Below, piece after piece: positions 12,560 through 24,298 of a stretch of DNA of 64,000 nucleotides. This DNA is from Octopus bimaculoides (taxonomy: Eukaryota). Under the pieces are notes generated by a model, which searched no databases, had not been told where the DNA came from, and saw only the letters and a program-made list of their open reading frames with translations. Position numbers and translations under genes: made by a program. The stretch lies in NCBI RefSeq assembly GCF_001194135.2, contig NC_068981.1:93602367-93666366 (forward strand), read 5' to 3'. Positions within the stretch are counted from its first letter, which is position 1. Each line of letters starts with the position of its first letter.

Positions 12560-12698
12560 ACTAACACACACACACATGTACGTATATGTATGTATAGACA
12601 GATAGACAGAGAGAGGTAAATAGGTAAGTAGGTAGGTAGGTAGGTAAATATAGATATGTGTGTGTGAGTGTCCAAGTGTGTGTATGTGTGCATCTATG

Positions 12699-12730
<32 letters not shown>

Positions 12731-13218
12731 CGTACGTATGTATGTATGTATCTATGTACGTAAATATGTATGCATGTATGTATGTGTGTGTTTGAATTCA
12801 TATATGTATGTATGAATAAAGTATAGATGCTATATACTATGCGCGTGAAAATGTGTCCTATAAATGTGGTTATATATAATTTAGGATTCAAAAGACTTAA
12901 TGAACAACGAGTGAAAGAAATAAATATTACAATTGCCTTAGATCAATCAATACCATAATTTCCAAGCGTTTTCTTTTCATTTTCTGTACTATTGGCAATC
13001 ATATAGCTGGATTCACAGTCGTTTGCCCTAATTCAAAAAAATATAAGTGCCTATATACATACGTATATACATATATATATATTTATACATACATATACAT
13101 ATATGTATGTACGCCTCTCTCTATATATATACATGTCTATATATGTATATGTATGTGTATATACATGATTATATATGCATACATTCATACGTACGTGTTT
13201 ATATATATATAAATATAT

Positions 13219-13301
<83 letters not shown>

Positions 13302-13570
13302 ATACATAAATATCTACATATGCCTGTCTATGTGAGAGCGAGAGTACGCTCGTGTATCTATGAGGGTATTTGAGCCTACACATGCATATGTGTATATGCA
13401 TAATGTATGTATGTACATATGTATGTATGCATGTGTGCATGCGTATATGTACACGTGTATATGTATTTTTACGCATATAAATATATATATATATACATAC
13501 ATACACACATACATACATACATACATACATACATACATACATACATACATACATACATACATACATACAT
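12560..13570. repeat. Compound di/tetranucleotide microsatellites (TA, TG, TATG, CATA, TAGG)
   Basis: Direct reading. Confidence 0.9.
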
Positions 13571-14420
13571 TTGATTGTATTTTCGCTCTTGTTTTCATGT
13601 TAAATATCATTACTGCTACTACTAATTATTGTGATATGTCGTGAGAATTTGCTTTCATGTTGTGAGATAGTTCAGATTCTTGGCAGGGCTCTGGGCGGCA
13701 GATAAATTTCAGCGTCAAGATATAGCCGTGACGAACGAATACGGAAATAGGCCCTCCTGAGTCAAGCATAGACAATTCTTTAGGAGCTCCCGAGTGCTAA
13801 AATGCTGTTTAGGGTTACAAGTTAAGTGTAGAAAGCATCATGGTAAATGTGCATTTTTGGACAAAATTGTCGTCCGTTGACCAAAAGCGACACAGAACGA
13901 GCTGGGCTGAGAGTCTTATTTGAAATCAAGAATCAGAGTCGCCAATTTATCAAAGTCTAGAACTGCTAACGTATATAAAACTCAGCGCCCATACATGTTA
14001 TTATGCTACAAACGATTTTAATAAAACCATGTTAGGATAATAACCAAGCGTATGTTGTAATGTGGTACCTCAAATGCATATCCAAACTCTCAATATTATA
14101 TGAGCGAATTCCAAATTTTATTAATTAGTTCTCTGACTTCAAAGATGCAGTAGCTACATGAAATATAAACGTGATATGCATTGAAGAACATTACTTATTT
14201 TATGATGTCTTCGACCCAAAATTGCACAGGATAGGAAATGGTTGGATTTTCCTATTTAGTTTAGCATTGAAACCATTCAACAAGCTCAATAGTTAGAATG
14301 CCTCTCAGCCTATGTAAACTAAAAACTTAGAACAGTGATAAAATGTTCCTTACATTGTTTATCAGAATAATCGAAAGCAACTCAAGAACTATAATTGTTT
14401 CAAGTTACAGCCCAGCACTT

Positions 14421-14550
14421 TAAGTGATTTAGCTGAGGAATATGGAAATAAGCCCTCTGTAAGTGATTTGGTTGACGAATGTGAGGATAAGCACTCTTAA
14501 CTGATTTGGCTGACGAATAAAACAATAAGACTTCTTTGAGGGATTTGGTG
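14421..14550 (+). repeat. Degenerate ~39-bp tandem repeat, ~3.3 units
   Basis: Units begin TAAGTGATTTAGCTGAGGAAT, TAAGTGATTTGGTTGACGAAT, TAACTGATTTGGCTGACGAAT and TGAGGGATTTGGTG. Confidence 0.75.
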
Positions 14551-15832
14551 TTTGTATTTGAAGGAATTACCCACTAGTTCAATCTTTTAAATTTCACTTT
14601 AAAGGTCTTGCTTTTTAAAAAAAGATGTACAAAGAACCTACAACACTATAATTATTAGAAGTTGTCGCTTGACAAATGCGCATGCTATACAGTGATGTAA
14701 ATTTAGGATTTCAAAGAGGCACAAAAGTCATATACTTAATAAGAGATGATCTATTCAGTTGTGACATGAATTAGTTTTTTCGACGTAAGTCAACAGAAAT
14801 TGAAAGCACTGTCGATGATTTTCGACAACTTAAATTAACTTGCTTGTATCTTATCTCCTTATTTTTTTTTTAATATTTGTAGGAAAGCGTATGTGCTGTG
14901 CAGTGATATTCATGCATTATTTTCTGAGAGTATCACTGATACAAATTGAAATAGATTACCATCTAACAGGAATTAAAACTGGTTCACATTCTTTGGTCAC
15001 CTAGAACTTGTTTCTTATTCAACGACATTCACCAGAATATTTCTCCATTCACTGGATTTGGAAATAGTAAATACATGGTTATTGCGTTTTATCAGGCAGC
15101 CACATCACTTACTAAGGAATCACTGGCGTGTTCTATCCACAAAATATTAATAAACTGGCCAGTTTAATAAATTATTGATTGAACCTCTGCAATTGCACAT
15201 TGATTTCTTCGTTTTCCGTCTTTTCTAAGTCGATAAACTGATTGGATGATATAATATCTATTGGATAAATCTATTAACAAATAGCGAACGATTGAAGCTG
15301 GAAATTAAAGGAAATTACCAGACTTAGATATCAATTGTTGGCGGCGTTGTAAATGTAAATACTTAAGATATTTTTCTAGCTGGAGTTATTTTCTCTTTTC
15401 GTCAGTGTGTATTTGTTATATCTCTTTGAATGTGTGTGAGCACAAAAATGTGCTTCGATATGTGTGTTTGTACTTGCGTATGTAAGAGCGTGTAATAGTG
15501 TGTATTATTATGTGTACGTTTGTTTGTGGGTATTTGCATTTGGGTATGCGTGTGTTTAGATTTGCTGGTAGAAACTATGTGATGCAGCTTTGATGGCCAG
15601 CTAGATAAGATATTTGATTGTTATACTAAGATTTGTGAATTCGTATCTCATTCAAAATATTCAGTCAACCTCCTTGAACACTTCTCTCTACATAAGTAAG
15701 TAGTCGCAAATTTGGATGAGATTGAAGCAGCAATAGGTCATGCCACGTCAGCACCACTCATTGAAAATTCGAAACAGACGAATGAATCATATACATACAT
15801 ACATACATACATACATACGTACGTACGTACGT

Positions 15833-15887
<55 letters not shown>

Positions 15888-15910
15888 TGTGTGTCTGCGT
15901 GTCTGTGTGA

Positions 15911-16150
15911 AGGTGCGTGACCTCGTGGTACTGCCATTGCGTGGATTTGATTCCCTGACCAGGCGGTGCGTTGTGTTCTTGTGTCAAACACTCCATTTCA
16001 CGTTACTTCAGTCTCCCTTTCGATTAGAGACAAATGTTGGCCAGCTCGCTTAGCTAAAGGGGTGTCGTCATACCTAGGCTAAAAGGATGCAAAGCGCATC
16101 GTGACCAGTGAAGTGTTATAATGACTGATAGTCCGGTCGGTCACGTGATC
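15911..16150 (+). mobile_element. Degenerate tRNA-derived SINE (family D)
   Basis: Head GGTGCGTGACCTCGTGG, B-box-like GGATTTGATTCCC, CORE-like GTGTTCTTGTGTCAAACACT; sharp end GGTCGGTCACGTGATC between microsatellites. Confidence 0.55.
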
Positions 16151-16222
16151 ATCTGATATGTATGTATTTATACATATGTATGTTGTATGTATATATTTAT
16201 ACATATAGATAGAGACAGGTAG

Positions 16223-16266
<44 letters not shown>

Positions 16267-16789
16267 TTTCAAATGACTGCAACTGATATACATTGTACCA
16301 GATTGCATCAGGCATCTCTGCTCTGCATTTCCTTTGGTATGTTTCCCATCAATGTAGTTATCCGACATGAGTTACTGTTCAGCATTACAACTGTGACCAA
16401 CACAGTCAACCCTGCACTAAACAACAACAGTAGACATGGCAGCAATGCATCCATAAATCTTGTCTTTAGACCAGTGCTCAGACTAAGAGATATCTTGAGC
16501 TTTCAGCACGGTGCTGAAGAAGCCTCAAAGTCTAGGCTTTGGTTCCATGGATACGAATGCTTCTACATACGCCCTCGTAATCTCCGATGATGGATATTTA
16601 CTATCATTAAAATGAGAATACTTTACACTAATATACCAAACATTATACTGAATAATATTTAGAGAAAAACACTCATTCAAAATTGAAAAGTAATTCAAAA
16701 TATATTTGCTTTAGCTGGATTTTATACAGTTTAATAATTTTCTTTTATGCTTTAGATTTTACAGAAATCTATATATTTGCATAAATAAT

Positions 16790-16965
16790 TGTTTCTAATT
16801 TAGGCAAAAAGCCAGCCGTTTTGAAGGGATCGGTTAATCCATGAACATCGATATCAGTACAAGATTGGTATTCTATGTTATCGATCCACAAAGAATGAAA
16901 GTCAAAATTGATCTCAGCTGGATCTGAACTCGGTGTGTGCAGAGCCAAAACAAATACTGCAAGGA
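16790..16965 (-). mobile_element. Degenerate SINE family B
   Basis: Reverse-complement similarity to 60915-61135 (GAATGAAAGTCAAAATTGATCTCAGC..TGAACTC). Confidence 0.6.
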
Positions 16966-17373
16966 ACTACTCTCAAACAATCCCGCCAGCTTGCAACGTA
17001 TATATATTTGCATAATAATAAAACGGGTTTTTGCAGCTGGGTTTTTGCAGCTGTGAGAAACATTCTTCCTAACGTCAAATAGTTTTATCATGAGTCATAT
17101 CAAGGTTTGATAAACACGCAACAATTCAGTTGCCGTATAAGTTCTCACACAACATAAGCTTAAGTAAAGGCTATATCGAAACAATGCAGTTCCTGGTATA
17201 CAAATGACGGAACTGTCTCAACTGGAACGCCTTACAACGACTGCGACTAATCCGAACTAAATGACAATACCAAAGTTTACACTGGGTTCATGGAAAGTAA
17301 ACTTCTACTTGAATACGCTGTCTGCTGGATAATAGCAAACACATTTATTTCAAATCCCATTCTGTTCATTACT

Positions 17374-17670
17374 TACATTATTTACATTCGACGGATATTT
17401 GTCTTCATCTTGTTTGTTAACACAACGTTTCGGCTGATATACCCTCCAGCCTTCTTTATGTGTCTTGGGGAAATTTCGAACCTGAGTTCTCATTCCTAAG
17501 GTATTTTTCGATGTTATTATCATTATTAGTGTTCAGGTCACTGCTTGGAATCGAACTCGGAATCTTGGGACTAGTAGCCCGCGCTCTTAACCACTACCCC
17601 ATATGCTGGGACAAATATCCGTCGAATGTAAATAATGTACAGAATTACTCATCTCTTAAATATAGAACTG
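17374..17670 (-). mobile_element. Short element with tRNA-derived head, hammerhead relic and inverted PLE-type terminus
   Basis: Minus strand: tRNA-like head (ATGGGGTAGTGGTTAAG ... GAGTTCGATTCC, ~17540-17606), short TAA tract, HHR-like motif (17419-17464), tail. Perfect 30-bp inverted repeat at 17374-17403 and 17610-17639. Confidence 0.75.
17419..17464 (-). ncRNA. Degenerate minimal type I hammerhead motif
   Basis: GACAC-[ATAAAGA, where CTGATGA is expected]-A-GGCTG(GAGGGTATAT)CAGCC-GAA-ACGT-T-GTGTT. Helices I and II pair and the ACGT palindrome is present, but the core is mutated. Confidence 0.6.
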
Positions 17671-17742
17671 TCTCATTCTGTTGTCTTGAATTAGGAAGAA
17701 TACATTGGAAAAGATATCCCATATACGCCAACAGACGAGATA

Positions 17743-17778
<36 letters not shown>

Positions 17779-18317
17779 TTCCTTCTTTCTCTCTGATCAG
17801 TCACAGGGATTGGACGCATTCTCGTCTGTCTCCTGTCAGAGCTTGTTTCTCCGCGTTCTCCAACTCAAGCTTGTTTAGGCGCAGCAGCCCTCCTGTCTGT
17901 TTTCACTGTCTTGTTTTTGTTACCAACTTTGACCCTCCGCCAAATCCCAAATTTTATTCAATTTGTGCTTTGCGGGAGCAACTGTTATGTCGAAAACGTA
18001 TCTTGTTGTGAAATGCTCAAAATACGAAATAGGAAAACAGCCAACAACTGATGAAGGTTCGTTTTTTTTTTTGTTGCTTGTGTTGTTTTTCGTTTGTTTC
18101 TTTCGTTCACAAAAAAAGTTTGTATTCCACGTTGTATTTCGAATTTCATGTTGTTTTCGTATTTTATGTTTATTTTATGTTGTTTACATTCAGTGGTGTC
18201 CTCTGCCCATATATGCATGTATATACAAATATGTGTATGTATGCATATATATTTATATATTATTTATATTATTATTAAATGATTGAACGCCACGCATCCG
18301 TTTCCAAGTGATTTTTA

Positions 18318-18364
<47 letters not shown>

Positions 18365-18753
18365 NNNNNNNNNNNNNNNNNNNNNNNNNNNNNNNNNNNN
18401 NNNNNNNNNNNNNNNNNNNNNNNNNNNNNNNNNNNNNNNNNNNNNNNNNNNNNNNNNNNNNNNNNNNNNNNNNNNNNNNNNNNNNNNNNNNNNNNNNNNN
18501 NNNNNNNNNNNNNNNNNNNNNNNNNNNNNNNNNNNNNNNNNNNNNNNNNNNNNNNNNNNNNNNNNNNNNNNNNNNNNNNNNNNNNNNNNNNNNNNNNNNN
18601 NNNNNNNNNNNNNNNNNNNNNNNNNNNNNNNNNNNNNNNNNNNNNGTGTGTGTGTGCATATATAAATATTTATATCAATATACATGCATATATAAATATC
18701 AGCACATAAATATATACAGACAGACAGACAAACACAGACAGACTGATAGATTT

Positions 18754-18820
<67 letters not shown>

Positions 18821-19430
18821 CTTTATAGTGAACAGCAACAAAACGCCCGAAAGGCTGCTTGTTTGATAGCATATACAACTTTAACTTTCTTAGACCGTAT
18901 TTTTGCTCAATAGAGATCCAAAGATATACAGCCTGCGTGATTCCTCGACTTGCTGTAATAAGGATGAAACTTTCAACAAATTGTATTGTACTGTCTTGAA
19001 AATAGCACTGCGACAAATTAGATATAATATTCCTAGACAGACATTGCCTAAGAGAAGTAACTGACAATCATGGCTGAAGCATTTTTTTATCATAGGTTAG
19101 TTTCTCAAAATTGTGTCTAAACAGCAACAACAAGAAAAAACACCACAACAGCCTCAACAAAGAGTTGTGTCTAGACATCTTTTGTTGGTGATCAGAATTT
19201 TGGTAGTTATTAAGTGGTAAGCACTAAATAGGAAAGTGGTTGGCTCCCAGCAAGACGAGTGACCATTATTGATTTGCACTGAAGGAATTTCACTTAAATT
19301 ACATCATAAATGATACGCTAAAATCATTCGAGTCAGAATGCACAGTTTCACATCAACCTACATTGTATAAGATCATTAAAAGTTTATATATACATACATA
19401 TATTATTGTTATTATTATCATTATTATTAT

Positions 19431-20279
19431 TCAGCAGTTTCACTTTTATAACGTGCCTTCACCTCACTACCGAGCGCAGCTCTGTGTGCCTTGGGTATGT
19501 GCTGTGGTTTGCTGTGATGCTCTTATGGTTACTGTATTGAAAGTGTTTTGCGGAGGATGTGTGCAGTGCCCAGTAGTGCAATTTTCTGCATGTTATATAT
19601 ACTCGTCAGTCCTGGTGCTTTTGTTATGTATTTGTCTGAATATTTTTTTATTATACCTAAGGCACCTGCTATGATAGGAATTGTTTCTGTTTTTAGATTC
19701 CACATTCGAGTTACCTCTATTTCCAGGTCTTTGTATTTTGAAAGTTTTTCCATTTCTTTTAGTGAAACGTTGTCATCTGCTGGTATTGATACATCAATTA
19801 GAAAGCATTTTTTTTCTTCATNNNNNNNNNNNNNNNNNNNNNNNNNNNNNNNNNNNNNNNNNNNNNNNNNNNNNNNNNNNNNNNNNNNNNNNNNNNNNNN
19901 NNNNNNNNNNNNNNNNNNNNNNNNNNNNNNNNNNNNNNNNNNNNNNNNNNNNNNNNNNNNNNNNNNNNNNNNNNNNNNNNNNNNNNNNNNNNNNNNNNNN
20001 NNNNNNNNNNNNNNNNNNNNNNNNNNNNNNNNNNNNNNNNNNNNNNNNNNNNNNNNNNNNNNNNNNNNNNNNNNNNNNNNNNNNNTGTGTATTGGCATAT
20101 CCCAAAGTATGGTTGCTTTCTCGTTTTCTGTGACCTTTTATGGCGTGTGTTTATACCATCTTTTTTCTGTTGTTATTCCATAATGTTGGCATAGCTTCCA
20201 GTGTATATAGGTCCCAGCTCTGTCGTGTCTGTAAATATATTCCTTCTTAGCCAGGACTGGGCAGCCAGAGATAATATGA

Positions 20280-20282
<3 letters not shown>
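19431..20282 (-). mobile_element. 5'-truncated R4/Dong-type non-LTR retrotransposon (end of CCHC knuckle + RLE domain), gap 19822-20085
   Basis: Translates NHIISGCPVLAKKEYIYRHDR..WYKHTP (frameshift) ..TILWDMPIH..CFLIDVSIPADDNVSLKEMEKLSKYKDLEIEVTRMWNLKTETIPIIAGALG..TAHILRKTLSIQ*. (TAA)n on both sides. Confidence 0.9.
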
Positions 20283-20356
<74 letters not shown>

Positions 20357-20394
20357 CATCATCATCATCATCATCATTATTGTCATTACTATTA

Positions 20395-20955
20395 TTTACT
20401 TTTAATCTGCATATTTATAACAATCACTCGCCGAGACACACCCAGCGACCTAGGGCGAGTGAAGGGCTAGAGATGTTACAGTATGATTGAAAGCTTGGGG
20501 AGGGTAAGTTGCAAGGGCAGTAATGAAATATTTTCATGTAATACAACACGCATTTAAATTAGCAGGGTCTTTCTTAGAATGTGGGCAGTATTTGTGAACA
20601 CAGTCTTTTTGATTTCTCTGAGACACGGTTCTCCTGGGATATTATCTAGATATTTCTGACATCTCCTTCTTATCTTACCTAGGGCACCAACAATAGGAGG
20701 AACAGTTCCTGCATTAAGATGCCACATCTTTTGCATTTCAATTTCGAGGTTCTTGTCAAATTCTTTTACAGATATATTTTTATTAGTGGGAACATTTACA
20801 TCTATTAATCTACAAGTATTTTCTGTTCTGTTGTTAATGACTATGCCTGGTCGATTAACCTGGATCGTTCGCTCGGTGTTAACTGGAAAATCCCAGAAGA
20901 TAGTGACATTTTTACCTTCAACGACTGGCTCAGGATGATGTTCATACCAGTAAAT
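20395..20955 (-). mobile_element. Diverged R4/Dong-type fragment (different subfamily), RLE domain + 3' UTR
   Basis: WYEHHPEPVVEGKNVTIFWDFPVNTERTIQVNRPGIV..CRLIDVNVP..EMQKMWHL..IVGALG..TAHILRKTLLI*. The 3' UTR runs into the (TAA)/(TGA) tract at 20281-20390. Confidence 0.85.
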
Positions 20956-21365
20956 GATATAAATGACAATTATATTTTTTAATATATAATAACTCATCTA
21001 TTTATTTAAAGCTATTGATATAAAAAAGATTGTTTAAAGTAACTAATAAAAAATGTTCTTTATTGTTTATAGGAAAGAGAAATCCATAATAAATATGAAC
21101 AGGAACCTAACAAAAAATGTCTTAGTTTACTTAATTTATCGTTCGGAGAATTCTGTAATAATGAAGATAAATTTAAAGCTACGAACACTATAACCTAAAA
21201 TATCTTATAGATATGCATATAAGTCGAAACAAATTGTTGGCTTCTTTGGTTTTTAATAACTATTTGTTATCTTATATTATATTATATTCATAGTATATTA
21301 TGTTATATTATAATATAAATAAATTATTGGATTGTCAATTGTATCTCTCTATTTAACTTATTATT

Positions 21366-21409
<44 letters not shown>

Positions 21410-21533
21410 AATATATATGTATGTACANNNNNNNNNNNNNNNNNNNNNNNNNNNNNNNNNNNNNNNNNNNNNNNNNNNNNNNNNNNNNNNNNNNNNNNNN
21501 NNNNNNNNNNNNNNNNNNNNNNNNNNNNNNNNN

Positions 21534-21570
<37 letters not shown>

Positions 21571-21576
21571 ATATAA

Positions 21577-21763
21577 GGCGCAGGTGTGGCTGTGTAGTAA
21601 GAAGCTTGCTTCCCGAGCACATGGTTCCGGGTTCAGTTCCATTACGTGGCAGCTTGGGCAAGTGTCCGATCAAAGCCTTGAATTGATTTGGTAGACGAAA
21701 ATTGAATGAAGCCCATCGTATATGTGTGTGTGTATGTGTGTGTGTGTCTGTGTGTATGAGTGT

Positions 21764-21837
<74 letters not shown>

Positions 21838-22045
21838 GGACATGTATATATGTTTACTGTGTGTGTCTTTGTGACTGTGTTTGACCCCACCCCCAGTAAC
21901 TTATCGGTTCGGGAAAAGAGACATATAAAATAAGTACTAGGCTTACAAATAGTAAGTTCTGGAGTCGATTTCTTCGACTAAAACCCTATAAGGCAGTGCT
22001 CCAGCATGGCCGCAGTCAAATGAGTGTAACGCGTAACAGATAAAT
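21577..22045 (+). mobile_element. SINE family A with internal (TG)n/(TAGA)n
   Basis: Head GGCGCAGGTGTGGCTGTGTAG..GGGTTCAGTTCC..CTTGGGCAAGTGTC; tail GCTCCAGCATGGCCGCAGTCAAATGA. Confidence 0.9.
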
Positions 22046-22081
22046 GAAATACATACACACACACACATATATATATATACA

Positions 22082-22152
<71 letters not shown>

Positions 22153-23237
22153 GCATACACATACCAGTGTTACTTATGATATTGTCTATGTCTAATAGAC
22201 AAAATGGTTCATCAACGATAATTTTCTATTCTTTAAAAACATTCTGGTTCAGTTTTCCCATGCGAACGCAAAGTAAAGCTCTCTAAAGTATGAAACACAA
22301 ACACAACAATTTCGTTATCTTGCAATATTCGAGTAAAATGCCCACCCACTATGTAAATCGAAAAATATAAATAATGGATTTCACTTTGTTATTTTCTAAA
22401 GCATGTATAAAAACAAAACCCGTATTTCCCGACGATTACTTTTGGATTTACGGAAAATCAATGTAATAAATAATTGCAAGGTCGATAGACTGATATATTT
22501 AAATTCCTTGTTCTAGCAGGAATAAATCATTGATATTTTTTCTATTGTTCTCAGTATCATATCTATTTGCAATAATTTTATTAATCTGGATTGATTAATT
22601 CTCATAAAATTTGGTATAGGCATATTGATCTATCATTATTTTGATGCTTAAAATTAAGTAGAACCAATAAATGTCTGAACATAGCAACTGTCATATCCTA
22701 CCTTTCATTTCTTGTTATTGTTTTCGTAAATATTCAGCCTTTTCTATGTAAATTATCATAAACTATACTATAATGTAGGGTTTACAGCAAGAAAGGTGGT
22801 ATTACATGTGTTTTTTTCTATTTGCTACTAATCCCTCCAAAACCCTCCTCGTAATATCTTCTAACATAACGGTTTCGTTCTTTATTCCTTAAATTTGGCA
22901 TTTCTCTCAACTTCTCTCTTTCCCTATGAGTAAACGTGTATATTTGAGTGTGTGGGGAGGGTGTATGCGTGTGTCTATATAGTATGTTGGTTTCTTTCTG
23001 CTTCTCTTTATATACGAGTGTGTTTATGTATATGTGTAATGTATGAATGCATGTTTATACAGCACTGCTCCATGCCCTTCCATCAAACACTACTTTTGAG
23101 AATTTTTAACCTGTGAAAACGGTTAAGTAAAATGACAACTTTTTTTTAAACTTCAAGTGTATTTTCAACCTTTTTTTTTTCTTTATTATTCTACTTAGTG
23201 TGAAGAACAACATATTTTCTTGTATACGCATATGTAC

Positions 23238-24298
23238 CAGGTTGAGTCAAAGTTTTTTTTTTCGATTTTCACTGTTGATTTTGACAACTTGCATCACCAT
23301 GTCATATCATTAATTTGATACAACTTGTTGGCCAATCGTTGCTGGATTGTTTATTATTTATTTTCATATATAGCTTAGAAAACATTAATTGCTTATTCTC
23401 TATTTTACAGATTTGATAATAATTTGTGAAAAACTGCAATAAGAGCTATTTAACTCTAGTTTTGGAGAAAAAGACTGCTGTAGAAGGATAGCAGCAAGAG
23501 AAATTAATGATGTGGAAGGATCAGAATCTGTCGACGAACGTATGGCACAAAGCTGGCTCAAAGATTTCATGGAAAGTAACACCTGTCTCGGAGACACGCT
23601 CCAGAGTCAGGGAGACCTTCTGTTGTGGAAGATGAACCCTCGATTTGTAAACATTTGCTGGCGAACACTAGAGATACCTGTTCTGGGCGTGGACTTGTTA
23701 CTGAGGATGAAAAATGGATCTATATTCGTAATCTTAATAACTGAAATCAGTAGCTTCGTTCCGGGCAGGCTTCTGAAACTTTTTTCAAACAAGGTTTAAA
23801 CAAAAGGCCATGTTGTGTGTCTGGTGAAATTTCGAGGTGTTGCATTTGGAGCTTGTCTCAGATGGTCGTGCTGCGAACGCTAACTTTTATGTCCAACGAC
23901 TGTAGCGAGTATATAACGTTTTGAAAGCCTGCTACCCGATATTGGTCAATCAAAGACGCGCACTCCTACATGACAATGCCTCAACATACAATGCCAATGT
24001 GACTGCGCGTAAACTTGAGGAATTCGAGGAGCTGAAAGTGCTGCATCACCCTCCACCATCAGCTTATTATCTTTCCGAGCTATGACTCATTTCCTGCGCA
24101 GACGGAGGTTCAACAATTCGGATGAGATTGAAAACGAGTACAAAGTGTTTTTCCCTTGTAATCCAGCCAAATGGTATAGGCGTGGAATTGAACTTTTGGC
24201 TCAACGGCGGCAACAGACAATAGAATATGATGAGACATATTAATAAATAATCACTTTTTGTATGTAATCCATTTGAACTATTAATTAAAGCTTGAAAT
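23238..24298 (+). mobile_element. Internally deleted mariner (DD34D-type) transposon relic; right end lost in gap
   Basis: Fragments AREINDVEG..ERMAQSWLKDF, SGRPSVVEDE, VTEDEKWIY, KAMLCVW, LLHDNA and VLHHPP-PSAYYLFR..WYRRGIELL, with stops and frameshifts (~23420-24243). Left boundary TA|CCAGGTTGAG is tentative. Confidence 0.85.

Noticed and set aside
14421-14550. CRISPR array (also considered for 45972-46190)
   Set aside because: Eukaryotic context, degenerate units without unique spacers, and no cas genes.
16300-16600. Possible degraded RTE segment on the minus strand
   Set aside because: Only faint resemblance (QDIS..KIY) with stops in all frames; insufficient support.
17200-17330. KVYTGFME as a GIY-YIG motif
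   Set aside because: No upstream xIY motif or downstream conserved R/H/E in frame.
17540-17606. Genuine tRNA gene here or at other SINE heads
   Set aside because: Acceptor stem and T-arm pairing are incomplete, and the heads continue into repeat bodies; these are SINE-type heads.
21073-21198. 41-codon open frame after a good acceptor-like site
   Set aside because: No recognisable homology or partner exons; compatible with chance.
22315-22485. Short inverted repeat suggesting a MITE
   Set aside because: Only ~12 imperfect AT-rich bases and no TSD.
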